Shown: piece after piece, positions 15,937 through 16,389 of the stretch | How the letters are laid out: each line of letters starts with the position of its first letter | Position numbering within the stretch: position 1 is the stretch's first letter | Assembly: GCA_028700115.1 (NCBI GenBank) | Contig: JAQVTI010000015.1 | Span: 1 to 16,389 of the forward strand | Source of the DNA: Candidatus Iainarchaeum sp. | GTDB lineage: Archaea; Iainarchaeota; Iainarchaeia; Iainarchaeales; CSSED10-239 | Direction of reading: 5' to 3' | Length of the DNA: 16,389 bases | The notes under the pieces: generated by a model | Database searches by the model: none | Told to the model about the DNA's origin: nothing | What the model saw: only the letters and a program-made list of their open reading frames with translations | Program-made: the position numbers and the translations under genes

Positions 15937-16389
15937 TTATTACTACCTTTCTTTAAAATTTTAACAACACCTTTATTTGCATCAACTTCAACATAGTCTC
16001 CTGTCTTTAAAACCTCTGTTGCAATCTTTGTTCCAATCACACATGGTTTTTTTAATTCTCTAGAAACAATTGCAGCATGACATGTAATTCCACCTTCGTC
16101 TGTTACAAAAGCAGATGCTTTTTTCATAGCAGGAAGATAATTAGGCATAGTCATAGGAGAAACCATAATTTCTCCTTGTTTAAAATCTTTTATTTGATTT
16201 ATAGAAGTAATAATTCTAACTTTTCCTTTAACTTTTCCTTTATATCCAATTTGTCCTTTTATTTCTTGAACTTTTGTTTCTTGTTTTTCTAAAGCTAAAT
16301 TTAATTTATCTAATGTTTTATTTATATCTATTTTATTTAATTTTCCTTGATAATAATCATATACATTTTGTATTTTTTTTATTTTTTTT
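15933..16389 (-). CDS. PEP synthase/PPDK-type phosphohistidine (PEP-utilizing mobile) domain protein, C-terminal part, truncated by window edge
   Basis: The ORF extends past the track's ATG at 16166 to the window edge: ...ETKVQEIKGQIGYKGKVKGKVRIITSINQIKDFKQGEIMVSPMTMPNYLPAMKKASAFVTDEGGITCHAAIVSRELKKPCVIGTKIATEVLKTGDYVEVDANKGVVKIL; catalytic-His motif GGITCHAAIVSRE. Confidence 0.9.
   Translation of the reverse strand, partial: KKIKKIQNVYDYYQGKLNKIDINKTLDKLNLALEKQETKVQEIKGQIGYKGKVKGKVRIITSINQIKDFKQGEIMVSPMTMPNYLPAMKKASAFVTDEGGITCHAAIVSRELKKPCVIGTKIATEVLKTGDYVEVDANKGVVKILKKGSNK

Noticed and set aside
16077-16292. Plus-strand 71-aa ORF
   Set aside because: Antisense to the PEP-utilizing domain coding sequence.

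Overview
Very AT-rich archaeal window, most likely from a DPANN/Nanoarchaeota-type genome (inferred from archaeal EF-2, archaeal-type D-aminoacyl-tRNA deacylase, TrmB-like regulator, and low GC). Nearly all genes lie on the minus strand. From left to right: an edge-truncated ftsZ missed by the ORF track; an MscS-like TM-helix membrane protein; a 4-TM protein; a tight cassette of a TrmB-like regulator, two half-size RND/MMPL exporters and a COG1361/CARDB-like exported protein, with a perfect 10-bp-arm palindrome just upstream of its TATA-like box; a thymidylate-synthesis cluster (tmk, thyA, DHFR, kinase-dCMP deaminase fusion) in which the conserved N-terminus of ThyA is out of frame with its start codon; a small soluble Ig/CARDB-like protein; dtdA (plus strand); a highly divergent DXR-like protein that seems to have lost the catalytic DSEH motif; an unannotated 56-aa lysine-rich protein made of five 11-aa repeats; EF-2; and a histidine-phosphatase-like protein translationally coupled to an edge-truncated PEP-synthase-type phosphohistidine domain protein. 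The most novel-looking items are the DXR-like putative pseudoenzyme, the VVKKKAPVKKA repeat protein, the interrupted thyA reading frame, and a 19-nt motif (TTTTGTCCAASAAATWATG) shared by the intergenic regions upstream of ftsZ and of the lysine-rich gene. I saw no CRISPR array, rRNA, tRNA or transposase.
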